Positions 49,276-61,576 of a stretch of DNA of 64,000 nt are shown here, one piece after another. The notes below the pieces were generated by a model that was not told where the DNA came from, did no database searches, and saw only the letters and a program-made list of their open reading frames with translations. How positions within the stretch are numbered: the stretch's first letter is position 1; each line of letters starts with the position of its first letter. A program made the translations under genes and the position numbers. The DNA is from Azolla caroliniana (taxonomy: Eukaryota > Plantae > Polypodiophyta): contig JBHGNT010000001.1 in the NCBI GenBank assembly GCA_043228905.1, positions 27,404,001 through 27,468,000 of the forward strand, in the 5' to 3' direction.

Positions 49276-51843
49276 ATGAATACTCAAATGGGGAGCGCTC
49301 TCCCTACCGAGAAGTTGGATCGAAACAACTTCACATCTTGGGAGTACAAGATGCACCAATACCTTGTCGGACAAGGCTATTGGAGCTACATCAAAGGAGC
49401 GCAGCGGCTCCCGGATACGCAACATGGGAGCAAGCCGCGTGATGTATTGTTTGGCGACATGTGTTCACAACCACATGCTCGGTTACATTCGAGAAGCCAA
49501 GACACTGAAGGAAGCGTGGGAAATCTACGAAAGATTTTCACCGCCAACACGATTGCGAGGAAGCTTCAACTTTGCCAAGAGTTGAACAACATTCAACAAA
49601 GGGACATGTCCATCACGACATACACCTTGAAGATCAAGGAGCTTTGTGACTCGCTTGGCTCAATAAGCGTAAGTATAGATGATGATGAGATGGCGCAAAT
49701 ATGCCTCGGCGGCCTCGCACCACGGTTTGGCGCGATGCGAACCGCCGTTCTAGCATGGGAGAAATCTCCCTCCTTCTTCGAGCTCCAATCAATGCTATTG
49801 GTCGAAGAAAACCACGTGCGTACAAGGAGCAATGAGTCAGAAGGCCACATGCTCTACATGCACTCTAACAGAGGAAGAGGACGCGGACGAGCGAGAGGCC
49901 GATTCGACTAAGGACAAGGCGGACGAGGTCCAACCTACGACAACAACTCCCAATTTCGGCCGCAAAACGGAGGCCAACGAGGAACCTTCGCAAGAAGGGG
50001 GAGCTTCCACTCCGGCCCGAGCCATCAAAACGCAACTGAATGCGGATATTGCGGAAAGCTCGGCCACCACGAAGAAGAGTGCCGAAAGAAGACGCGTGAA
50101 TCGGCTTCCACAAGCCGACAACTCACGAATTATGCACACAATTCTGACTACGAAGAGTATAGTGGAATGTACGGGCACAACTTCGACTACGAAGATCGTG
50201 GCGGAATTTATGCACACAACTCCGACCGTGGCGGAATGTACGGGCACAACTCCGACTATGAAGATTGTGGCGGAATGTATGCACACAAATCTGACCGTGG
50301 CGGAATGTACGGGCACAACTCCGACTACGAAGATCGTAGCGGAATGTATACACACAACTTCGACCGTGGCGGAATGTTCATGATGAAACATAGAGCAAAC
50401 TCTATGTCGACCGCTAACTCAACTAGTGCCTCCGGTCCGGAAGACGTATGGTTTGTTGATTCCAGTGCCTCGAACCATATGACATCGCATCAAGAATGGT
50501 TCCAAGAACTTCGAGAGCCGGAGTGACCCGGTTATGTCGAAACCGGAGATGACACTACGCACCTGTTCGCAAAGGGCATGAAAGCCGACTTCGACATAGA
50601 GTTGTGGCACAAGTGAATCGGCCACATCAATCTCAACAAACTCAAAGCAATGAAATCGAAAGGAGTCGTCATCGAACTCCCGACATTCAAATAAAAGGAG
50701 ATTGAAGGTGTATGCGAAGCGTGCCAATTCGGCAAGCAACACCGACACCCATTCCCGAAAGAGCGGAACGTGAGCAAAGGTCTACTCGACGTAGTCCATT
50801 CCGACGTATGGGTACCGGCGCAGACGGCTACATTCGGCGGATGCCGATATTACGTGCTCTTCATCGACGACTTCTCTAGGCACACTTGGACCTTCCTGAT
50901 GCGGCAAAAGAGCGAAGTGTTCGGACACTTCCAAAATTTCAAGAATGAAGTCGAGAAAGCCACAGGCCGACATGTACGATGCCTTCAATCGGATGGCGGC
51001 AAGGAGTACTTCTCAGACGATTTCACGGCGTACCTCTGAAAGGAAGGAATTCGGCGAGAATTCACTTGCCGACACACTCCGCAACAAAACGGAGTAGCCG
51101 AGCGCAAAAATTGGCACATCCTCGAAGTAGCGCAGGCCATGATGAACAAGAAGCATATGCCCAAGTCATATTGGGCCGAAGCTGCAAATACGACCGTCTA
51201 CTTAATGAACCGGTGCACAACATCCGGTGTGCACGAGGTCACTCCGCACGAAAAATACTTCGGAAGGAAGCCGGATTTATCGCACATCCGGATATTCGGC
51301 GTGATAGCGTACGTGCACATCCCCGACGAGAAGCGTCAAAAGCTTGACCTGAAGTCGGAGAAATGTATCCTCGTAGGATAATCATTGGAGCAAAAGGGGT
51401 ACAAGTGCTACAACCCCTCAACTCAAAAATCTCGAGTAAGTCGAGACGTCGTTTTTAATGAGTCTGCATCCTGGTACGCACCAGAGACAACTTCGCCTCC
51501 GCTCGACCTGGAATTTGCCGAACAAGAGATCGAGGATGAAGATCACCCTACGCGCATGATCGAAGAAAGTCTGATCACGATCCGACCGAGTGGACCAGAA
51601 GAGCCTTTGAGCGATCAAAGCACATCACGGCCTAGCCCGAAGATGGACAAGGGCAAGGCGAAAATGGCGGAATACGCAGATGATTGTTTCGACGACGATG
51701 AGTCGACTCACTCACTCGACAGTGAGTTCGGCGGCTTCGATGTACAATTCGGAGCTAAGAAAGCCCTCATCTCAACAAATGAAAAGCTCCGTCGCTCCAC
51801 CCGTGAAAAGAACCCCGTAAGCTGATTCGGCTACAACGATTAT
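49276..51843 (+). pseudogene. Copia gag-protease-integrase region, disrupted
   Basis: EKLDRNNFTSWEYKMHQYL (gag), zinc knuckle CGYCGKLGHHEEEC, protease WFVDSSASNHMT, integrase CEACQFGKQ, VHSDVW, FIDDFSR, SDGGKEY, TPQQNGVAER. Several stops (for example 49909-49911, 50524-50526, 51037-51039) and frameshifts. Confidence 0.92.
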
Positions 51844-53463
51844 ATGGCGTACCATTACGCCTTTATGATGAAGGTAGGGACAGTACGGGAGCCGGAAACC
51901 TTTTCGGAAGCCGCGAAGGACTTGCGATGGATCGAAGCAATGAAGGAGGAGATGCAGGCACTATGGAAGAACGAGACGTGGGATCTCGTTTCCACCTCAC
52001 CACACAAAAAGGCGATTGGATGCAGATGGATCTACAAGGTGAAGTATAACGCCGATGGCTTCGTAAACCGCTACAAAGCTCGACCCGTAGCGAAAGGATA
52101 TGCTCAGACACATGGCGTCGACTACGAAGAGACCTTTGCCCCGGTGGCAAAGATGACGACGGTGCGGACCGTAATTGCGATTGCTGCAGCGAAAGGGTGG
52201 CACCTCCATCAAATGGACGTCAAGAACGCCTTTCTACAAGGCGAATTAGAAGAGGAGGTGTACATGATCCAACCACCCAGCTTCAACTCGAGCACTCATC
52301 CAAAAGCCGTATGCCGACTCAAGAAGCCACTCAACGGCCTCAAGCAAGCACCGCGTGCTTGGCATTCGAAGATAACGCAATATCTTCATCAAATCGGCTT
52401 CCGTATGTCAAAATCGGACAACTCCCTCTACATACGAAGCGATTCCGCAAGTCCTATCGTCATCATTTTATATGTGGATGACCTAGTCATTGGAGGTGAG
52501 CATCTCGTCGAAATCACTAAGGTCAAATCCCTCCTTTCTAACAAGTTCGAGATGACGGACATGAAGGAGCTAGAGCTCCACTACTTCCTCGGCATCGTTG
52601 TAATTCGGACTCCGCCCGGAATCATGATCTCTCAACGACACTACATCCTCAACTTGTTATACAAGTTTGGGATGGCTGAGTGCAAATCAGTGGCAACCCC
52701 GCTCGATCGTAATCTCAAACTAGATGCGAACTCCGGCACCAAAGCGTGTGAGCCGACTCAGTATCGGCAACTCATCGGGAGCCTCATCTACCTCACGATC
52801 ACTCGACCCGATCTCAGTTATCCGGTTGGTCTCCTTAGCCAATTCATGCAAACACTGCGTGATACTCACTTGGATTGCGCTAAGCGAGTTCTACGATACG
52901 TGAGTGGCACAATGGATTGCGGCATCCTCTACAAGACCGCAATGCCAATACGACTCGAGGGGTACACAGATGCTGATTGGGCTGGCTACAAAGCCAATAG
53001 AAGATCAACCTCCGGATTTGTTTTCTCCCTCGGCAGCGGAGCAATATCCTGGAGTAGCAAGAAGCAGCCTATCGTCGCTCTTTCGAGTACAGAGGCGGAA
53101 TATAGGGGCGCAGCCGTAGCTGCATGTGAAGCCGTATGGCTCAAAAGGATTTTGAAGGATCTGGGCGTACCCATCAAGGTTCCGACTTCCCTTTATTGCG
53201 ACAACATGAGCAGTGTCTATCTGGCTCGGAACCCGGTGTTCCACGTGCGGACAAAGCACATCAAAGTGCACTATCACTTCATCCGAGAGCGCGTTCTGGC
53301 TGGCGATGTCGATCTACAACACATTAACACCAATCTTCAAACGGCTGACATCTTCACCAAAGCCTTAGGAGCCGACAAGCTATGGCAATTCATGACCGAT
53401 CTCGGATTGACGATCCCTGACCTGCCAAGCTTGAGGGGGAGTACTGAAGACACTACGCAATAA
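51844..53463 (+). CDS. Copia reverse transcriptase-RNaseH portion of pol (open 539-codon frame)
   Basis: HQMDVKNAFLQG, LYVDDL, YTDADWAG, WSSKKQ, SSTEAEY, HIKVHYHFIRE, ADIFTKAL, ending SLRGS. Confidence 0.93.
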   Translation: MAYHYAFMMKVGTVREPETFSEAAKDLRWIEAMKEEMQALWKNETWDLVSTSPHKKAIGCRWIYKVKYNADGFVNRYKARPVAKGYAQTHGVDYEETFAPVAKMTTVRTVIAIAAAKGWHLHQMDVKNAFLQGELEEEVYMIQPPSFNSSTHPKAVCRLKKPLNGLKQAPRAWHSKITQYLHQIGFRMSKSDNSLYIRSDSASPIVIILYVDDLVIGGEHLVEITKVKSLLSNKFEMTDMKELELHYFLGIVVIRTPPGIMISQRHYILNLLYKFGMAECKSVATPLDRNLKLDANSGTKACEPTQYRQLIGSLIYLTITRPDLSYPVGLLSQFMQTLRDTHLDCAKRVLRYVSGTMDCGILYKTAMPIRLEGYTDADWAGYKANRRSTSGFVFSLGSGAISWSSKKQPIVALSSTEAEYRGAAVAACEAVWLKRILKDLGVPIKVPTSLYCDNMSSVYLARNPVFHVRTKHIKVHYHFIRERVLAGDVDLQHINTNLQTADIFTKALGADKLWQFMTDLGLTIPDLPSLRGSTEDTTQ

Positions 53464-53734
53464 CGCGTGGATTCCGCAACCACGTAACGAAGCAGCGAAA
53501 AGCCGATCTACCACGCAAAGCCGCGAAGAAAGACGCAAGCCGAAGCACAGACTTCACAACTACGCATGCAAGCCGAAGCACAGACTTCGTAACTACGCAC
53601 AACCCAAGGTGGAGCACGGATTCCGCAACTCTGCATAAAGTGAGCCGATGCGAGTCGACGCGGACTCCGGAATGCGAGTTGAAGCGAATTTCGGATACCG
53701 TCTGAAACTGACCCGACTTAAGCTTGAGGGGGCG

Positions 53735-54126
53735 TGTTGAGAATCAAGCTCAACTTGGTCTAGTGTGTGAACTCACCTTGAGAGTGAAGAGACACTCCAA
53801 CGGTCAAGAGTCACCATTATGTCACCACTTTGTATTCTAGCATTTAGTATGAGTCATAGAATCATATTCTATGACACATAACTTACAAGCTTTCACATTC
53901 CCCATGCTCCATGAGGCTTGTAGTTAATGAAGAGAGAGGGTGACTACATAAAGCACCCTCCTCCCACCTTGTATAATGTTGTGTCTTTCTCCTTTGTTTA
54001 TATACTCAACCTTGCGTATACTCTGTGTGTGTGTGTGTCTCTCTCTCTCTATCTCATACACACACACACACACACATAGTTCACACTTATTCCGCTTCAC
54101 AAGAATCCATCTCTTGATTCTTTACA
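53735..54126 (+). repeat. Copia 3' LTR (392 bp)
   Basis: Matches the 5' LTR, preceded by a PPT and followed by TSD CTTAC. Confidence 0.96.
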
Positions 54127-54219
54127 CTTACAATTTTTCATGTACAATGATATACTATAATCCTAAGACCGAAGATAGGACTTTGTAAATGGTGTTGAAA
54201 TTTGTTGTTACAGTTTGTC

Positions 54220-57200
54220 GTGATTCACTGGTATTCAAGAAAGGGTCCATGGGAGTTGATTGTTCCATTGAGGCCCTTGAGTTAACTCTGTAAACAGGGG
54301 TAACTTTTTCCATAAGTGAAGGAGCTTCTTCTTTCTCTTGTTCACAATCTTTGGTGAACCTTACATGTTTTCATATTGGGCGCAGACTACTGCAAGCAAG
54401 TTCTCCCATATCTCAAGCAAGACATCTGAGAGACACTGATCTATCGCATCATAAAGTCGGTTGCAACAACATTTCCATAATGCCCATAATGTTATTGTAG
54501 TCATTGTTTTCCATATTTGGACAAATCGCACTTGCTTTCCAGGTTGTTGAAAGGGGCTGACTAATATCAATCCTCTATTATGTACCATAATTGCCTCCTA
54601 AACATCGTTTCCCTCATACAACATCAAACTAGAATGTAGCACTCCCCACATCGTTGATCCCCATGAAAACAGGCAGCTGACATTGATTGTTAAAAATAAT
54701 GAAAGAACTTTATTCCATACTCGTTGAGCTAAGGGATAGGACCAAAGGGCATGCTTGGCAGTCTCCTAAGCTTCATGGCAAAAGGCACATTGTCGAAGAT
54801 TGGGTGTTACATTCCCTTTCAATGAGTGATCAATTGGTAAGGCCATATGCACTAATAGCGATCTGAAGAGAATAAATTTAGTTGGCCCCGTGAATGACCA
54901 AACCCATCTCCAGTAGGTTTTCAAATGCAAAGTTGAGACCCTCAATTGGTCCAATATTTCTGAGCTGCTGGTATCCTTGCATTCGGAGAGAGCAGTAGTG
55001 CTCTTCCACGTTTTACTGGGTATTGAAAGAAGGGAACCTTTATGATCTGTTCCTTCAAGGAATGTGACCAGAACCAACCCCCCAGATCCCATGTTAATCT
55101 TGCAACCATGTCTCTTGCATATAACCACAACATATCACACATATGAGCTGCAATTTAAGGATAAGGATCGAGCATCCATTTCTTTCCAATTTTAGCAACC
55201 ATTATGACTGGTGCACTTCGCAAGTGTTGTAGATAACTGCACTCAATGGTGTAAGGTTGTAATGTATGATTGTCTACGACCTGAAAATAAGAAGTGCACC
55301 TGTTAGGTGAAACACCCTTGAAAACCATCAATGTGTCATTTACGAAGCATCCAAACCACATATGTTCCTTCTTGGGTTGGAAGGTTGTAGAAAACGAAGA
55401 ATATGTTGTTGATATGCTAGCGGTGATTATTGTGGCACCATGAACAGATTGTAAATGTGCAAAACGATCTTCTTATGACATTTGCTAAAATTGAGTCCAA
55501 GTTCTTACAGATGCAGCAGGTCCGTTATCCAATTTTCCCCAAGCAAGGTGAGTTCTCAGGCCCAACACTTTTTTTGCATTATCCTGAAATTAAGAATTGG
55601 CAAGAAGAGGTTGATTAAGTAGTGCATCCCACGTAGAAGGCTTCTCCTTAAGCAAGAATGACTTAACCACATCCCATGTCCTTACGATTCCTAACAAAAA
55701 TCTATTGGATGCAAGATCCCACCTTGGTGTTTGTGCATCATTCAAGAATAACCACTTTAAAGAGGGTGACCAAACACCACCCGTCTTAGGACTTAACTGC
55801 ATCAATTGATTTAGAAATATCCCTTTCCAAGCTTCTGATCCTGGCAGCAATCCTCTGATCACAAACTTAGCCAAAAGGGCTCGTGACTACATTAAAGGAT
55901 CTAGCAAACCCAACCCTCCATTGCTTTTAGGTTGGATTAATACATTCCAAGCAACTTTGGTTATTGTTGGAGATCCCTGTTTTCCCCCCCAAAGGAAATT
56001 TCGGGTCAAACTTTGCACTTTCCTTATTATAGATCTAGAAAATAGCCAAACATATGGTATAAACCACATTGAAGCCAACAATATAGAGTTTGCCAATACA
56101 ACCCGACCTGCAAAGGATAATTGTTGGGCATCCCAATGTAGTAGTTTATGTTTTATTGACAATAGTAATGGCAATAACATTGCTTCAGGCCGCAAATCTA
56201 TATCAACCATACATCCCAAACAACGAACTGGTTCACCATGATTACCAATCTCCCTATCAACATAAAGGGCCATGTCATCTGCAAATTCAGCATCCAATAC
56301 AATAGGTAGTGTAAAAAGGTAATGCTATGCCTTTTATACCTGTCGAAGATGATCTTAGGTAGGAGGACAAGGCTTCCCCAAACAAGATAAAAAGAAAAGG
56401 GGTGAGAGGGCATCATTGCAAGTTGCTGAACTGACCTAGAGATAGGAAATAGTGGCCCATATCCTCCAGCAAAAAAAAACGGAACTAGAAGAATGCATGT
56501 ATAGGGCAAAGACACCTTTTATCCATGCAACAGGAAATATACCTAATCTTGACAACACTACCTCAAGAAAGTCCCAATCCACTTTATCATAAGCCTTTTC
56601 AAAATGAAGCAATAATACTACAAGATGTTGTTTATTTTGTTGCGCTAAAGCCACCATTTCCCAAAACAAAAAGATGTTATAAAATATACTTCTATCTTGC
56701 AAAAAACCAGATTGTGTGTCATGAATAATAGACGGCAACACCAATATTAGTCTGAGAGCAATGGTTTTTGCTACAATCTTGTACACATCATTAAGCAATG
56801 TTATTGGCCTCCACTTGGCGACTTCATCACACTGACAATCCGACGTAGGGATCATATATATGATTCCTTCTGTCCATTCCACAGGCATATTACCGCTTGA
56901 AAATATTAAATTAACCGCTCTAGTAAGTAGAGGACCCAGAAAATCCCAATAATGCAAATAGAAGCCAATTCCTATTCCATCTTTTCCCGGACATATATCC
57001 TTTCTTAAGGATTTAGCTACAGAGAAAACCTCATGCGGTGTGAATGATTGCAATAAATGAGATGTCATTACATTAGTAACTTTCTGTTGAACAGTTGTAA
57101 GAACAACTTGTCGCTTGTAAAGATCATCTGCCGAAAAAGATTCCGTGGACAACAACTGATGGTAATAATCCGAGACTATATCTCGCATCTCAGAGTCATC

Positions 57201-58778
57201 TGATGTATAGGATCCATCAAGCAGCTTCAGAGAAGTAAAAGAAAGATGTTTACTTTTCCATTTAAACTGATTAAAAAATTCATTGTTGACCTGATCCTGC
57301 CTTTGTGACCAACGAGCAACATTACGGTAGTAAAAGAACATTGAGCGTTCCTCCTGCTTTTCTTTTAATACACTTTTCACTCCTTGCAAGTCACAACGTA
57401 ACCTAGATGAAGTTGGATACCTTTCCAACAATTGTTGTACTGCTGCAATAGCACGACGCAGGTTGGCAATTTCTGAATTGCAATGATAAACCAATTGTTA
57501 AGTAATTAGGTAATTCACTAGGGTTAATTAGAGACTAATTATATGGTTACGTTAAGCAACGGAAGATTAGTATGATATGTGTGTGAGAGTGTGTGAGAGG
57601 AAGAGAGAGAGAGAGAGGAAGTTACACTTATGAACACGAAGATAAATGGGGGATGATTGACTATATTGAAAAGTGTCATCAACATACCAAAATACCCACT
57701 ATGAGGTATATATACAACCCATGTGCAAAGGTGCACATGTGTGGGTAGAACATAGGTACTTATGTGTGAGTTGTACATTAAATGTATTAAGGAGTGGAGG
57801 ATCTAGAATATCCCACTTAAGTACAAGGTCCTATTTAAAGGCTTAAGGTCAACACATTAACTAGATTCGATCTAGGTAACTACTAAGTTACATGTGTTGA
57901 CTAACTAGATTAAACTAGTTGAGCTTGATATCTCAACACCGATGTTGCAATTATTTTTATGAAGAGAGTCTTTGTATCGAGTATGGCATGAACCATATTG
58001 CTAAGCAAACACTCGTCCGAGAAGTTATAACTCGACCATATCTGAGTGATTGACACCGTGTGACTATCATTAGATAGCAATGAAGGAGGGATACATAATT
58101 ACTTGGAATATCGCCTCTTGGTAAATGTAACATGTAACTTCAGAGGATCATGGTCAGAGATAACTGATCCCGGAATAATTCCTAGGGATTCACCCGCCTC
58201 CCAAAAGCCACAACTAGCATAAAATCTATCTAGTCGAGACCGATTTGTAACAACCACACTCCCATCTGATCAAGAGAACTGAAGGGATCCTTGTATGTGT
58301 AAAAACCAGTGCACCTTCCATAAATCAAGCAAACCAAAGGCAAAACAAAAATAATTCCAACACTTAGCCTCTCGTACTATCCAACCTGAAATAGTAGTAC
58401 CTATACCTCCCAATCTATCAACAACATCCTCAATCATATTAAAGTCACCTCCCACAAACCAACAATCCGCATAATAAAAAAGAGATAACCATAAATATGC
58501 CCTTTCTGACGAAAAATTAGGGGCATAGAGATTCACGAGGACAACCTTCTGAGATTCACTTTTTAAAATAAGGAATTGTGCTCGTTTATTCATAGTAGTA
58601 GCTTCTTACATTATGTGAAACTATAATTGTTGTCTAATGGTAATGCATAATCCAGGATGGCGGCCATTAGGGCCAAATGCAAGAACCTAGAAATGAGTCC
58701 ATTGTCCTGGTAAATGTTAAGCGCTTGGATTGCACCACAACCAGTCATGAAGAAGAGTGCATCAACGAGGACGTAGTA
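54220..58778 (-). mobile_element. L1-type LINE (ORF2 endonuclease-RT-zinc finger), decayed, interrupted by a solo LTR and cut at its 5' side by an LTR element
   Basis: Endonuclease IVSHNVR, VNLYAPN, VGGDFN, SRLDRFY, SDHDP. RT motifs CPGKDG, WRPITLLNDVYKIVAK, QSGFLQDR, FEKAYDKVDW, EFADD, LSFAGRVVL, RNFLWGG, KVAW...PKSNGGLG. C-terminal CAFC. Multiple stops and frameshifts. Confidence 0.92.
57496..57938. mobile_element. Solo LTR (443 bp) inserted in the LINE ORF2
   Basis: TGTT...AACA termini, flanked by CCAAT (57491-57495) and CCGAT (57939-57943), a 5-bp TSD with one CpG-type change. LINE coding sequence resumes on both sides. Confidence 0.88.
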
Positions 58779-60806
58779 TGTGTTGAAGGACCTACGAAGA
58801 GGAAACGACAAGAGGAAAAGAGGCTAAGGGACGTCCAAGTGTGAAAGGTTCATACCCTAAATGTGAATACTATATAAACCACATAGTGGTGGCTTTGTAA
58901 GGGTTCTCCCATTTGTAAAGATCTCCCTATTGATTAAGAGCTAGAACTTCCTCTCCTCCTTGTAACCTTTAAGCTTAAGAGAGATTAGTGAAGTGTTTAG
59001 TTAGAGAACACTAATCTCTCTTCCTTGTTGGTGCTAGACCTCTTAGCAAAGAGGGTTAATAACATATTCACTACTCTTATTGTCTATATTCATTGTCCTA
59101 TTGTCTATGAGAGTGAGCTTGAGAGAGAGAGAGAGAGATATCGTGCTTAATCATCTATTAATCGTTAAGTGAGTGTGAGGCTCGGAGGTGTCCGATAACC
59201 ATCTTCACCCGATTCGCCATCAAAAGGGTATACGCCGGTTCGAACTCCGCAAACGACATCGAGGGGCTAACTCCATCGATACATAGATCCCACACATCTA
59301 TTTGGCGCCATTGTCGGGGATATGACCGACGCTTGAAGACGATTTCGAGTGGTCAAACACTCATAGGCAACCCACTTAACAAGGGAAGAAATCGAAAGGA
59401 AACCATTATTTTCTGTTTTTTTATGCTCGCTAATTCACATTTTTATTAAGTTAATTTTATGTTTTTCGTTTTAATTTACCCTTCCTTAATCGCCCGGACA
59501 TTAGCAAGCTATTCGTTCGGTTAACGCTAAGCATTGTTGAGATTTAGTTGTTGCAGGGCAAGAATAATCACCGCAATTCTCACTGAGTACGATAATCCTA
59601 CGAGACACGGAACGGTCGTTGGCGCCAACAAATTCAAATTTCCCACTCAAAGTTCGTCGAAAGATCAGAGTTTGATAAGGGAAGCATCCTTCGACAAAAG
59701 ATCAAAGTTTGTCAAACCCGCATCTTTCGAGGAACCCACATCCTTCGACGAAAGATCAAAGTTCGACGAACCCACATCCTTCGACGAAGATCAAAGTTCA
59801 ACAAACCTCACATCTTTCGACGAAAGGTCAAAGTTTGCCAAACCCACAAAGTTCGACGAAAGATTAGAGTCTACCAAACCCACAAAGTTCGACGAACCCG
59901 CAAAGCTTGACAAGAGAACATGGTCGGAGCCTCATGGACAGAGATGTTCAAAACCTGACCCACACGCCAGGAGGAGTCCACCCAAACCAACCAAACGCAT
60001 GGTGCTGACCCATCTAACCCAACTCGATACCACGGAGGGTGGTTAACTCCGGGGACGCTACCAAACATGAACCTCCCATCGAGCCCAACAACTAAAGCAC
60101 CTGTCAACACGCCCCCACTACATGAGAGCCCAATGGCAGACCCACTCAGCGTAGAGCGACACATACAGGATGCCACATAGGAGTTACGGGTGATAGAACA
60201 AGAAATCAATATATGGATGATACAACTCGCGAAAGGAGGACAACCGGAAAACATCACCTGAGATATTGAAGCCACTTTGGTAGAAAGGAAAGACAAATTC
60301 ACACGAGTGCAACAAAAACTTCACCTCCTAGAAGCATCGTCGCATACGCACCATCGAGGTTGTGAGCGCAGCCCCACGCCGCATTCGAGCACAACGGGCG
60401 ACAATCCAAACAAAGCCCACATGCAACGACACCCGACACCACCACGTATGGACATGACCCCTACACCCGACCAAACTGCCTCGACATCCCCAAACACCGA
60501 ACTCACACTAGCGTTACAATCCATCCAAACCCTCGTGGCATTGATGGAAAAGGAGTGAGCACCCATAGACCATTCGAGAAACCCTACAAACGATAGCGGG
60601 AAGAGTGCTTCCATTTCTAAACTAGTACCCTGTTTTCTCGGTTTCGGTGACGCTTATGATCACGTCGAGAGGTTCAAATAGATTTGTCGCGCTTATGAAC
60701 CCCTCACAAAGACCACCAAAGTAGCCGCATTTGGGCTTACACTCGATGACCAAACCGGAATTTGGTTTATAACCTTGAATGAGGACATCCTCGCGGACTT
60801 TCAGTA
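58779..60806 (+). mobile_element. Athila-like Ty3/gypsy element, 5' part: LTR (~58779-59296), PBS, leader and decayed gag
   Basis: TGTGT...ACACA termini (left end inferred). PBS TGGCGCCATTGTCGGGGA at 59303-59320 is a CpG-decayed form of TGGCGCCGTTGCCGGGGA (tRNA-Asp). gag-like FLGFGDAYDHVERFK*ICRAY...KVAAFGLTLDDQTGIWF at ~60630-60800 is broken off by a nested insertion. Confidence 0.75.
59650..59915. repeat. ~36-bp (18-bp subunit) tandem repeat in the Athila-like leader
   Basis: Repeated cttcgacgaaagatcaaagttcgacgaacccacatc and variants. Confidence 0.85.
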
Positions 60807-61576
60807 TGTTGTCGTGAAGAATTTCGGCCTGAGGCGGAAACCGGGGAACATTGGCTACATCGGCGGGGTGCAGCGTGTGTACGCACCCGTGTACATTTAG
60901 TGTGAATATCGAGGGCGCCTTTATGGCGCCGAAGAGTAGTCAAGTCGGGACAGACGATCCCATGTAAGTCGGGATTTGTCCCACATTGTAACGCATCTCT
61001 TTCCTTGTTCTATAAAAGGAAGGGAATGCCCTTTGTGTAAGGGTTGCCCATTTTGCAATAGAGGGTATACCGTTAGGTTTAGAGTTAGGTTCTTCTTCTT
61101 CTCCTTCTGCGTGTTTCGCTTAGGGTTTGCTTGGTTCGGCCTCCTGTGCAAGACCCCGCTCGGCGCGACGAGCTGAGAGCTCCCCGACGGCGGCTTGACA
61201 ACAAACGACTACTGTAACCTACGTCAGTCCGGCTCGACGCCGGGAATGTATTCTTCCCTTCATATATATATATATATACGTTTGTCTGTGTATATTCGGG
61301 TCGTTGTTGGCGTCGGGTGCTTACCCTTTCCTGTGTTTTCTGTACATAAGGCGTGATTCGGGTTGTGCGTGTGCGTGTGCGTGAGTCGGTGTTAAGCACG
61401 CTCTCTCTCTCTCTCTCTCTCTCTCCCTTCGGTTGCTTCCGGTGTGTCTCTGGGATGCCCCAGAAACAGTGAAGCACGACTTCCTACGCTCCATCACTCT
61501 CTAGTCCATGACCCCCTGTGGTCCCGCCTTTCTCCACGCACGCGCGTAAACCCGACGTGAAAGGCGGCAAGGGAGG

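Larger units (their letters stand above)
48710..54126 (+). mobile_element. Full-length Ty1/copia LTR retrotransposon with decayed coding region
   Basis: LTRs 48710-49113 and 53735-54126 (TG...CA), TSD CTTAC at 48705-48709 and 54127-54131, PBS TGGTATCAGAGC (tRNA-iMet) at 49114-49125, PPT at ~53721-53734. Domain order gag-protease-integrase-RT-RNaseH. Confidence 0.97.

Noticed and set aside
58628-58778. Alternative left end (TGTTGTC at 58628) for the Athila-like LTR
   Set aside because: This stretch reads better as LINE ORF1 end, spacer and ORF2 start on the minus strand, and TGTGT at 58779 matches the ACACA right end
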